A stretch of DNA of 64,000 nucleotides, taken from the NCBI GenBank assembly GCA_965637545.1, contig OZ281497.1:20894001-20958000 (forward strand), written 5' to 3'. The position numbers were made by a program, and so were the translations under genes. Positions 40,528-52,544 of the stretch are shown here, one piece after another (the stretch's first letter is position 1; each line of letters starts with the position of its first letter). Source of the DNA: Phallusia mammillata (Eukaryota). The notes beneath the pieces are model-generated. The model worked only from the letters and a program-made list of their open reading frames with translations. It was not told the origin of the DNA and ran no database searches.

Positions 40528-43500
40528 TTAAGGTTTTAAAAATAATACAGCAGTTGTTGCAAGCGCAAACAAAATGTTAACATTTTTATGAATTATGGTT
40601 AAGGGCGCTCCACTCGTTGTGGATGGGTTGGGGGTTGTGGTTTGGGCACAAGGACAGTTGCTGACCGGTCCAGCTGTAGTAACTGCATCAATTCCTGAAA
40701 CATTTTAGAGAATAAATTTATATCCCATAGATTATATGTAGTCTACTGTTAACTACTAAAAAACACTATTACCACTACAAAACCTTAAGGGGCAAAGTGC
40801 TCACAGAAAAATGAAAATGTTGAAGTAGCATGGATTTGGTCATCTTGAGCAAAACTGATCATTGAAACAAATGCAAACAGCTTTTCTATACAGTTTTGCA
40901 AGCACGCGAAAACACAAATCTGGTGCATGTTGTGCACTTTTGAAATTAGGGAATCAAAGGAATTGTACAATTCTTAAAGCGCATCATAGTGCACAACGTG
41001 ATGGTGCATATCGTTATGCAATCTAAAATTGGGGAGCATAATAAACGTCTAGTGACTAGACTGTAGTTTCATAAGCCAAGATCTTAGATTTCTAAATTAC
41101 AAACTTAATGTCGGAAAAAAGCCTTCCGAGTGCAAACCAAATTTGCGAATCCCAACAGCTTCAATCTTTTTGATTTTGCAACTTCCTAGTATTAAAATTT
41201 TGCTGTTCAAAGAAATCCTTCAAAGCTGCCTAAGCTTTTTTAATATCCAACAGTGGCTTTGGAACACTATATACGGATCTGTTCATAAGTTTAATGGTGA
41301 AAATAACGGCCCAAATAGACGTTAAAAGCGACATGCTTTATTGATCAAACGTTTCGGCAAATGCTCATGCCATCATCAGTGATATGAAGGCCACATCAAT
41401 TGCACCCAGTTATATACACTTTAGTCGCATAAAAGAATGATAAAAAGGTGCGAAACAAGCGTCGCATAAAAACGATAGATAAAAAGGTGCGCAGAAGCGA
41501 GGTGTAAGCCACCTGCAAATGTGTGCGTCTGACCAAACAGGTGCAGAGCAACTACGACATACAATATATTTACAAACAAAGAAACAATAGTAGGACAGCA
41601 CGTCACATGGCATGAGCATTTGCCGAAACGTTTGATCAATAAAGCATGTCGCTTTTAACGTCTATTTGGGCCGTTATTTTCACCATTAAACTTATCAACA
41701 GTGGCTCCTTTAACAAAAAACTACACGCATAAGTGAACACGCAAGCGACGAACACTTAAATGCAAACCTTTACATATCTATATCTTCTCAAAAAACAACG
41801 GTTTGCGAAAAAAAACTTAGATAAAACCAATGTTTGAAGCTTGACCTCCGAGTTAAAGTTTAGAATTACTTGTCTTTATTGCTGTGTTAATCCTACCTGG
41901 GACAAAAGTAATATTAGTCTGTTCGCTGTTTATGCAAGTCGATTGAATTGAGATTGTGTAAGAACTTCCAGGTTTTAGTTTGCCGAAACTAGCCCGTTTG
42001 TTTACAAGCGACGTGTAACCAGTCCGAAGCAATCCATTCTCGTATAGCTTTGCGTTATAACGGAAACCAACGTAGGCCGAAACCACCCTCTTCCAGGAGA
42101 CAGAGATGTAGTTTTGTCCTTTACTGTCCACCTTAACACTTACTGCTGTGTCTCCTGAAAGTAAATCGTAAGAAATGATATGTTTTCAAACGATTTAAAA
42201 ACCATATTTAGTAGTTGGTAAGTTTTTTACAACGACTTTGAAAAAGGCACGGAAAATCGTTTCAGCTTTTTAGTATTTTTAAAAATGTGCCGATAAATTA
42301 TTACGTTAGCTGAAGACATTGCGCACAGTTTTTGACCAGTAAGGTTTTGTCAGTGCAGCTGGTGACAAGGTATTGGTCGCAAAGGATGGTACAGCCATCC
42401 TTCTGTTATCATCCTTCTGTCACCATCTTCTTTGCTACCATCTGCACTGAAGAAACCTTATAGGTCGAAACAGCGTGTCTGCATGCACTTCTGTATTTGT
42501 TTTGTCAAAAACAGATTAAGGGTTTAAGACCATCCGAAACACCTTGACAGTTCGATTTATCCCAGTTAATGCAGGTGCTCCCGTATCTGCCTGTCTCACA
42601 CATCCCGGTGTTGCTGCATATTGAATAAGAAGACGAATCGCATCGACCTGAGTGAAAATTAATTAAGAACAGGAAAATATGTATCGGTTTTGTTTGACCT
42701 TACCTACACATATAACTCCATTGCCAAAATAACCTAAATTACAATTGCAAGTGAAGCTCCCCGGTGTGTTGGTGCATACCGCCTCCTCGTGGCAGTTGTG
42801 AGTGCCCTCGGAACATTCGTTGATATCTGGGAGTTAAACCGTTTTGCTTTAAAATAGTTTCATGCTTCGTAAACGTTTCACGCAAGTCTAGAAGTTTATT
42901 TCGAATAGTGGGCGAAACTAGAGATGTTACAACACAAATATTCATTTGATCATTCAACTTTTTTATGATTTAACAAAAAAATATTTTTGGCCTGTTTTTT
43001 TTCCAAAAATCAAACAATTCTTCATAGGCAGTGTAGCAGTAAAACATCATTGACATAAGAATTGAAAAATAGAACGGTTTGAAAAATGAAAACCTTTATT
43101 TGGTAAAGATAAAAAACGTCGATATATGAGATTTTTATGCGAAGCCATGCTGTAACGTACCCACACAACTCGAATTTTGTGGTCTGAAGCCGGTGCCACA
43201 ATCCCTTGGTGTCTTCATAGTGGTTGAAATCGTCTGGGTGGGCTCTGTGGACCAAATGATAATTATATTTTATCCGCCAAAGAACTAACCTTGACTCTTT
43301 AATCTAACAACAACTCGCCCGTTGTAACTAAGATGCTAGCAGAATTTGAGCCTGCTTGATTGCTGGCTATCACCGTTAGTTTGTATGTGGTTGAAGGGAG
43401 TAAAAAAGAGAATGCTGCTTCTTCGTGCAAGTGCTGCACATACGATGTGTCACCACCGGAGAGAAATGCTTTTGATTCGTCAGCTCTATGGGCACTCCAT

Positions 43501-46500
43501 GCAAAACTTAGCCCCGTTTGTCCAATCCATATTGAGCGTAGGTTGACGATGGATGGTATCGTGTCTGTCAATAAACTATACATAAAATCTTGTTTCATAC
43601 AAAATATGCCCAATTTTTCGTGATAATAGTTTAACGTAACAACATCAAACAAGTTCACTGAAATAACGTTGAGCAAATTTTTTAATTTGACTTTTTAAAA
43701 CCTTGCGTTCATGTAATCCTATACTGCACACCTTAGATAATGTAAGGTCAGATATGTACTTTAACAACCTGACCATGGGCCGAATTTAAAAGGCTGTTTC
43801 ATAGATCCAATACAATTTATTAGTTCTTCGGCGTTTTGAAACGCAACAAAAACGTAATTTGAATCGTTCGCTTGCGGTACGGTTTCATGAAACACACTTC
43901 ATTTAATTATCGAAAGCTTCGACAGCCACAGATGTTTCAATTAAAAAGGCCACATTGGGTTGCAGGTTGAAAACTTATGTGTAAACTGCCAATAATAAAA
44001 GCAAGAGTTTCATGCATTTATTATACTCTTAGCGTTCAACTTACTTGTGTAAGGAAAACTGTTGGTGGAGGAAAGCACTGGAAAGTCGCAAACCCCTTTT
44101 GAAAAACATGCTTTACCACCGCAATGTCCTATAACATAAACAAACATTTGTTCAATGCATACGAACCTGTTTGACTGCATAGTCAAATAATTAGGCTTTG
44201 AGAAGTTATTTGAGTAAAATTGGTTTGCACCAGGGGTGTGCAACCTGCGGCTCGCGGGCCAAATGCGGCCCTTAAAAAAAGGTTGTGCGGCCCGCGGAGA
44301 CGCTTGAATTTCAAATTGACTGACAAACGAGTCTAACTATTACATATTTTTGAGCAAATTAATGCGCCCGATACTATTTTTCTGCGACCAGGCAATATGT
44401 GACTAGATTCAAATGCGAATTTTAGTTGTAGTTAAGAATATTTGGTAAGCAACAAAGTAAAATCACCTTGTGTTATACATAGGTGCGGCCCGCGATCTAA
44501 TTTTGGCTGTTGTATTTGGCCCGACAGTAACAAAGGTTGCACACCCCTGGTTTACGCGAAGAGTTCGGGACAAAGTGAAAGTGAAATGCGTCTCACATAC
44601 AAGTGTTGATAATGTTTTTTCTAAACCGCGGATGAGTTTGTCTTAAAAGGCCTAGAAACATTGCAAACATGTAACAGCTCGCTGTCTCTAGATTCTAGAC
44701 TCTAGAACAGTGGTTCCCGACCTGGGGTTCGCGGACCCCCAAGGGGTCCGTGAGATAGCTTCAGGGGGTCCGTGGAGGTAAACATTTTTAGTATCATAAA
44801 CCAACAGTAAAATATTTGTAGGTTTCCAAATCGTTTTTACAATCCTGCATACACGTGCAGACTGTTTATCAAACCTTCGGGTCAGGTAAAATTACTTTTT
44901 TTGTGATTGTTATCTCCGTTGTGACATCACAACACACATGAACAATGGAAATTATAGTGCTTTGTTTCAATCTTACACACCAGAAAATCTATCTCTTTGT
45001 TGCCACAGTACAGAACTTCAATGAGATTTAAGGTCTATTGTGAAGGTTGATTAAAATGCTACCCAAAAAGCATAATAACGTATAATGCAAAAAACGAAAA
45101 ACATAGAGAGACTTACGGAAAATTAGGGGTTAAGCAGACATATAAAATTTATAAAAGGGGTCCGTGACTACAAAAAGGTTGGGAACCACTGCTCTAGAAG
45201 TTGTGCGCAGTTATTTAAATCTAAACGGTACAACCTGCCCGGCATTTGCGTTTGTGACCCCAAATCTGAACAGTTTCGTCTTCTTCAACCCAAACTAAAG
45301 TATATATATTTAAAAAATCACTAAAATGTGTCATTTTCACCTCCAAATCAACATTGCGATTCGTCCAATGAAATATTTTGTTTAAACCAAACGTGCAGTA
45401 ATCGTAATGCGGGTAACCTGAAAATGTTCTTATTATGCAATAGACGGTGGATAATTACCTCAAAATGGGTAATTTAACACATTTAGGGGGGAATTAAATC
45501 ATTACGTTTTGGTTCTGTGACGTCAGAGTTTGTGATTTTAGTTTCTTTAAGAGAGATGTAAATAAAGTTTAGATGGTTGTTTTCAGGCTTAATGATATTA
45601 AAAAGCTCAAGAACCACTGCAATACAATCTCTTTAAATGCAATATGCGATGAACAGATGAGTTCGCATGAACTTTACCGCAGTTTTCAGGAAAACGAAAA
45701 GAGAAGTAAATATGAAATTCATCTGGTTGTTTTCAGTGGAAATGATAATAAATGAATAAGAACCACAGCAATACTGTCTCATTAAAACGTAATATGCAAT
45801 AAGCGTGAGTCGACATAATCAATAGTGCAGTTTACATTGCAGTACAACACTTACGTGTGCATTTCAGACCATCCCCTATGAAACAGGTGTTGCATTTGCA
45901 GGTTAACGATACATTCATGCATTGAGCGTTTTGATCGCAGCTGGATGAATCCACACATGAGGATGAGTTTGACGCTGGAGGATTACTCAAAACTGAAACG
46001 AGTGCATGCAAAAATTTCCTTGAAACATGGACCTTTAAAGCAAAGTTCCGCAAACAAAAATTATGGTGTAACACAATAACTGCTTAGCGGGTCAGGATTC
46101 TGGGGAAGATCTACTAACACAGGAACTCACAACACGCCCGGTTTGGCATTTTGCGGTAATTGGCGAATAGGCATTCATGGTGACAATAATTACAAAATGT
46201 TGCAACAAACTTTAACGGAGAATAGGCATTCATGGTGACCAGTATTACAGCATGTTGCAACTTGCTGACTCAGCAATTATTGCAACCATTAGCGCCTATT
46301 CTCCGTTGCGCCACTTACCGGAAATTCCCAAACGGGGCGTGTTGTGAGTTCCTGTGTTAGTAGTTCCACCGGATTCTGGAACAAGGCCAATTCACAAAAC
46401 GACAAATGCGTCATGGGTGTAACTTAGGTAATGAATGCTTTTCAACTCGTTGTCACAGTACAAGTATATGTAGGCCTAAATCAACCTATAAACCACTCGT

Positions 46501-48087
46501 TACAAAACTAATAAATAATTTTTACATAAATAATTACCATCACTCTCACGAGTTTTTGCGATAAGTGTTCTTGTTGTTGTCCCTTGAAAGTTTCTTGCTG
46601 TTATAGTCACTTCATATCGGGTGTCTGGTCTTAAATAAAGAAAAGCAACTTGGCTTGTACCGGAAGCAAAAAGTCGTACACCATCAATGGAAGCTTGTAC
46701 ACGGAAAGCGTTGCTGACATTCCAGGCCACAAACAAACTGTTTGAAGTTTGCCAAAGCACTTTGACGTCACGAATCAATGGTAAATCTACAATTCGTAAC
46801 GAATGTATCATTGCTATTCGACTTTCCATTATTAAAACTCACAGAACTGAGACAACGGCAAAACTTGATTTATAGTCGAAATAAGACACGCTTGGCAAAT
46901 TTGTTGATTTGAGGCAAGTCCATTGCTAAGCATAGCAAATTCCCAATGATGGTTTGATAATAAAGAAACAAATAATAAAAGGAAATAACAGCTATGAGTA
47001 AAAAAATAAGTTAGTTATATTTGGGTAATAAATTATTCATCAGCCACTATCGCTCAGGGAAAGAAGGGCGTTTTGTCAAATATAGGTTTTCGGTCCGAAC
47101 CTTTAAAGGCGCATTCAGTCGTTTATAAGTTTTGTGTAAATTGTAAATTTTGACTTAATCCATGTAAGTTATGTATTCCAGCCCATGGGTCATTAATGAC
47201 GCGCCTGTGTCTGTAAGTCAAACTATGCTTGACATAAAAGGTGATTTATCAGAAAGTTGGAGCGTTCATAAAGCGCAAGATAAACGTATGGTTGGCGGAT
47301 TTCCTAACGCACTGCCCATTCATAATTTTGCTAATCAAAATCCTCACCATATCAATAAAGTCGTGACGAATTGAGTAACGAAGCGACAAAATACCCGAAA
47401 GTATTCCGGGTAAGTATAGCCGAAAAGGAATGTACAATTACTTTTATTTGTCTCACCATTTCTACAGTTTTGCTTGCAGAAACAGGTGTAGCCATTAACT
47501 CCTTCTTTACATTCGCCTCTTAGGGAACATAAGTCATCGCAAACACCTACAGAGTTAGAATGTATATAAATTGTTGTACAAGACGAACGGGGTTTATGTA
47601 TTCATGTTATGGTAACTTATAGACTAGACGTACCTCTGCAGTCAAAACCGTCTCCGACAAACCAGTTTTTACATTGACAAGTGTAACTTCCGTCAGTGTT
47701 AATGCAATTTGCCTCAATGTGACAATTGTGGGTTCCTAACGCGCATTCGTTGACATCTGAAAAATAGCTTTAAAAATGTACCTTTTGAAAGTGCCCAGTT
47801 TGGTTCCGAAAAGTAAAGGCGCATTTTATTCTGTTGTCGTTGCTACCACTAAAATTTAGCTCAAGCATTACCTAAAAATAAGCAGCTATGAAATGTACGT
47901 TTAAAAGGATTTTAATAAACCATTTTACCCTTACAATTCATTTATTTGGAAAACGTTGAAAGGCTTGTGTCATATTTTCAACCAGGGCTGATTAACACAA
48001 GTATTAACACCACTACCAAACGCGGTACGTACCTTGACAAGCAGCAAATGACCACAGGGCAACGATTATAACGAAGTAAACGACCAT
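40528..48087 (-). CDS. EFG-5: EGF/FN3 protein with predicted GPI tail and an alternative stop-containing exon
   Basis: Exons: 48087-48033 ([18 protein letters not shown]|G), 47756-47634, 47546-47457, 46786-46550, 45992-45855, 44128-44045, 43564-43319 (GC donor), 43244-43161, 42826-42704, 42647-42505 (to TGA), 42154-41897, 40694-40528 (...STTSGAPLTIIHKNVNILFALATTAVLFLKP*). Confidence 0.88.
41259..41695 (-). mobile_element. Penelope-like pLTR insertion with an inverted terminal duplication
   Basis: Perfect 89-bp inverted repeat (41285-41373 / 41607-41695), flanking duplication CAACAGTGGCT (41248-41258, 41696-41706), absent at the homologous site of EFG-4 (~25215), and carries a hammerhead core. 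Confidence 0.72.
41344..41383 (-). ncRNA. Minimal type I hammerhead ribozyme motif (Penelope type)
   Basis: Minus strand reads AUCA-CUGAUGA-U-GGCA(UGAGCAUU)UGCC-GAAA-CGUU-UGAU: conserved core, stem II, palindromic stem III (ACGU), and a 4-bp stem I AUCA/UGAU. Confidence 0.68.
44231..44549. mobile_element. hAT/Charlie-type MITE
   Basis: CAGGGGTGTGCAACCT...AGGTTGCACACCCCTG with flanks GTTTGCAC/GTTTACGC (2 mismatches). Confidence 0.82.
44708..45191. mobile_element. hAT/Charlie-type MITE
   Basis: CAGTGGTTCCCGACC...GGTTGGGAACCACTG with a perfect 8-bp TSD, CTCTAGAA. Confidence 0.9.
46111..46363. mobile_element. Palindromic MITE in an EFG-5 intron
   Basis: TIRs CTACTAACACAGGAACTCACAACACGCCC / GGGCGTGTTGTGAGTTCCTGTGTTAGTAG, with TGCTGACTCAGCA at 46263-46275. 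Same family as 4902-5094. Confidence 0.75.
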
Positions 48088-48606
48088 TTTCTTCACACTT
48101 CACACTGCCAAAACTCTTACGTACTGAAATAGTCTTCGGTTTAGTTTGAGTTTGAGCTCTCGTGAAAGCAAACTGCCCAGGAAGCACGTCATCAGTTTCA
48201 CTTCCGTACGTGAGCTAATATCACAAATTCCGTACGTGAGCTAGTTATATCACAACTTCCGTACGTGAGCCATCATCATCATAAACTTCCGTACGCGAGA
48301 CATCATCATCATAAACTGTTTTGTTAACATCAATCATTTGTCGCATTTTTGTTCACCGTCATTCATCTGATTAAAAAGTTTTTAAATCACAGCTGTCAAA
48401 ATCAATGTAGTCACAATGTACCATTTTCCTGTGGAATGCGAACGTTCTTCGTAAATTTACTCAACTTAACTAAAAAAACGGTTGCTGTATGTGTCGCATG
48501 CCGCATTTCATACTTTTGTCGCATGTCGCGCTGTAGTTTCAAAGCATGGGATTTGTTGATGTTGTTATTCGTTACTCTTTTGTTGTTTTGCTTTGCCTTT
48601 ATTTCA
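48088..48606. promoter_or_regulatory. Putative bidirectional promoter between EFG-5 and EXOSC1
   Basis: Head-to-head ATGs about 520 bp apart. Four copies of (A)CTTCCGTACG(T/C)GAG at about 48200-48300. Confidence 0.55.
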
Positions 48607-49861
48607 ATGGAGCATATTCTGGGACAAAAATGCATACCTGGTAAGTAGTTTGCATGTTTGTTTACCGTCGTTTTTTTAATTACATAGCATATCCCCTTTA
48701 TTGTGTTTCAGTTTGTTTTTGGTTATTCAGGTCCATTCTTTTAGATGACTTTTCAGAAACGTATGCTTAATAGTTCTGACTCAGTTAGTACTTGAACACT
48801 ATAAACAACCAACTATTTTAATCAGTAATTATAAATTAAACAAATTTAAATTTTCCCCTGACATTTTGATGCTCAATGGTAACTTCAAAACATACAAGAC
48901 AATTAGAATTTTTTAAACAGATAACCTTAAAATGTTCTTCTGCACTGTTTTAGGTGAAAGATTAACTAGTGTTGAGTCATGTCGAAGTGGGACTGGTACT
49001 TATCAACGTCAAGGTTATATTTTTGCCTCTCTCACTGGAGTTGTATGTAAGGAAGAAAAGGAAACAGACCTGCCAATATTGTATGTTGCATCAAGACACA
49101 AAGCACAGAGTGTGCCCGAAGTTGGAAATATTGTGACTTGCAAGGTTTTAAAAATGATCTGAATCTAAACATTGTGTAATATGTTACCAGTTGAAAAAGC
49201 CATTAATGCAAATATGTTATGGGGCATTGCTTTTGTAGCTGATAACTATATATATTGCTGTGTGTATATGGAACTTCAGTTTAGCTTGTGCAAAAAAATA
49301 TGTTATGATTGCAGATTACACAAATTTCCTCCAGATTTGCCAAATGTCAAATAACTGCAGTGAACAACTGTAGTTTGGCTCATGCATTTCGTGGAATGAT
49401 TCGCAAAGAGGATGTAAGATCAACCGAACGTGATAAAGTGGAAATTTTTAAATCATTTCACCCTGGAGACATTGTCCTTGCCAAAGTAGTAAGTGTTGTG
49501 TACGGACAGTTGATAAATTTATGGTGTAAAACCTATTTGTTGAAGTAAATATGAAATATATAGCTTTAAAAAACTCCTTAGTAAAGTATATATAATTTCA
49601 TATGAACCTAAAAGCACTTCTTTCAACATACAGAAATGCCAATAAACCATAAATATTTTTCAGCTGTCTTTGGGTGATGCTCAATGGTACCTTTTGACGA
49701 CTGCTGAAAATGAACTGGGAGTGGTTGTTGCACAAAGTGAGAATGGAACGCCACTCACTGCCCTCAGTCACAATGAGATGCAATGCCCAGTAACGCATGT
49801 AAAGGAAAGTCGAAAAGTTGCTAGACCACAGAAAGAACACATCGGTTTTCCAGAAAGATAA
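48607..49861 (+). CDS. EXOSC1: Exosome complex component CSL4
   Basis: Exons 48607-48640, 48954-49144, 49315-49488, 49664-49861. Motifs CIPGERL, SGTGTYQRQGYIFASLTG, FRGMIRKEDVRSTERDKVE, PGDIVLAKV and YLLTTAENELGVVVAQSE match CSL4/EXOSC1. Confidence 0.95.
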
Positions 49862-50118
49862 ACACAAAAGCTGTACAGTATTTGTGTTTGTCTATGCGCA
49901 ACACCACTGGAAAGCACTGATGTAGTTATTTGCCAGGGCACAACAAACCAACGAATGCAAGTTTGAAATAAAAGCAAAATCCTGAGAATGATAGCTTACC
50001 ATGTAGCATGTACCAACAAAAACAAAACAATTCCACTGTATGATATGGCTTGTAGTATGAAAATGATTTCAAGTCACCCCAGTAATAACGTTACTGAGCA
50101 TATTGTACAACTTACAAA

Positions 50119-51819
50119 TCAAATGTCGTCGAGTTGGTCAATTTCGTTTGCTGGAATAAGAAAATCGGATTGACCAGTGAAAAAATCGGGCCTGCTCTTT
50201 TCAATAAATGCAGTGAAAGCTGATCGGGTGTCTTTCAACTTTTTCACATAGGAGTTCTTTAGGCCCTCCATTGCATTGTATGCAAGTTCCGTCTTTCGTT
50301 GCTTGTTTTCCAGATCTGCTATGTTTTGTCGTAGGTCGGCAATGTGGTTCCTAAACTCTTCTGAAACCTTAAAGTACAGATTTGTTTCTTGTACACGCAT
50401 ATGGACTAAACTTTAAAAGAAAACTTTTTTTAAAATCACTAAAATACATGGCGATCGATTATAAGTTTTGAAAGATAGCATTTTAAAAACTATGCCCATC
50501 ACATCCTGCCTAAGCACATATCGCACAAAAACTAAAAACAAAGTTGGTCGGTTGTATTATACGGCAGAACATACCCGGTTTACTTCAAACAGTTTTCAAG
50601 TAAAAGGACAGTTGACTCGATCACCCATATTTTTGTGTCCTTTTAACGAAACCGTTGACAAATTGATGCGACAATGCAATTATATTTGGCTTGTAATTCA
50701 AATGCTCAGCACAATTTAATTTCAAGAAACAAACCTGGTTAAGTGTTTCTTGTGCTGTTTGCTGCTCTTCCAGCCTTGCCTCATGTACAGTTTGTTTCAT
50801 TTCCTCCAACATCCTTTCTTTTAGATTTTCCAGTTCTTGGCTTTCGTGGCGCACATCTTCATCGTGTTGATCTTGTAACGCTTGTTGGTGCAGCCTAAAA
50901 CCAATGATAGCAAAAATGGAATAACTCTTTTGCTTATGGCTTTGACACCTATTAAACACCTTTCAGTTTCTTCGGCGTTTTTATAAGCAGTACCCTGTTC
51001 CTCAGCACGTGCAACGGCAACGGCCGCTGTCTTTTCGACGACGAAGTTCTGATGCAGTTTTGCAACTACTTCGTTTAATTTCTTTTCCCCGGCCTGTTTC
51101 TCCTGAAAGACTTTTTCCATTCCCTTTTGATAGACAATGCCTGTTAGATGTAAAATACTTTGAAGAATAGTAAACGCACCAAAAACGCTTACAAAGATTT
51201 TAAACGACCGACAGCGCAAGTGGTACAGTAAAACATAAGCAATGTGCGGGATGCATCGAATCCCTTTGTATTGACCACAATAGCATAGATTTACGCTGCG
51301 CGTGTTTGACAAGTTGTCCAAGCATATAAGAGCAACTGTATTTTTAGGGTCATTACCTTCAAGGCGAGACAGTTCGTTCTTCATCTGTTTCTCATGTTGC
51401 TGAGTTAGCTGTTTAATACGCCTTTCTTCCCTTTGTTTTGCCTCTAACAGAGATCTTTCCACACACTCATCTTTGTAAACTTCCGCCTTTTGCCAAACCT
51501 CTGCTTCGCAACTTCTTAAAGCCCGGTCTGTTTCAGCTTTACTGACTTCTTGCGACCGCTCAAAAATCCGTTGTCCAATGTCTATGATAAAAGTCGTTTA
51601 ATTGTTTCAAATAGTAATAGCAATAAGTTATATTCTTGACTTCTATTTGCTGTTGTCTAAATTTGACAGGAAAATGTCAGTTACTTATTTGTGTCGTACT
51701 TTTAAGATAAACATACCTATAATACTCTCATGCACAAATGCTTGATTCAGAGCAGGTTTGGTATCTTCGTAACGTTTCGGCAAAGCTGTTATATTTTTTA
51801 ATTGTTCTTGCTCCTCCAT
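50119..51819 (-). CDS. C6orf163: Coiled-coil protein, C6orf163-like
   Basis: Exons 51819-51717, 51581-51357, 51140-50960, 50894-50735, 50367-50119 give one open frame. FVHESIIDIGQRIF, EAEVWQKA and LKDTRSAFTAFIEKSRPDFFTGQSDFLIP resemble vertebrate C6orf163 as I recall it. The start codon is uncertain. Confidence 0.72.
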
Positions 51820-52544
51820 GTTGTACAATCCCCTCGAGATATGATAAATATGGCCTATCTTTTCGATAGCAGCATCAGGCCAAGTAAAGGTAAGTAGCCA
51901 TAACCACAACAGACGCGGTTTTCGGAGTTTATCCTCTACTCTACATGGTGAACAAAAAATATGGTTTGTTATTTTGTGGATAAGGTTTTTCAAACTCGTC
52001 AATAACATTTCAAATATTACCTGGCTAACAACTTTTGTACTAACAAACAATACGCAGCTACACAAAAGAAGTTAAACCATTTGCAAACTAGTTTTATCAA
52101 ATCTACGATGGTTCGGATCTAACTTGCGTTGCTAAGAGAAATCAACAGACGGTGGCAGTAAAGAAAAAATATTTATTGTGGCTGGGGTAAGATTTGCATG
52201 AAGTAGACAACACAGAAGTAAGAATCCATTTTTGGTAGCAGCGCTAGGAGTACCATGTTTTTATCCTTAATAATGAGGATACCCTGCCGTTACAGATTTT
52301 AGACAACTGGTTTTTATGCTCCAAAAGTACAAAATTAGATGCAATGGTGGAACACTTGGCTACTTTGTAATGCCAGCCAGGGTCAAATTACATTTTACTA
52401 AAACCAAGGACATGCCATCCTAACAGAGGTGGTATGGTAGGATTAAAAAAAAACACGTTTATCTGCAAATTATTAAATCAAGACACAGAAAATAAATATT
52501 TTGTATTTGTAACTTTGATTGCATACAAACAAAGGAAAGTGAAT

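Noticed and set aside
48200-48300. Short repeats with variable spacers, superficially CRISPR-like
   Set aside because: Eukaryotic context, about 16-bp repeats, related spacers and no cas genes. It is a promoter tandem repeat.
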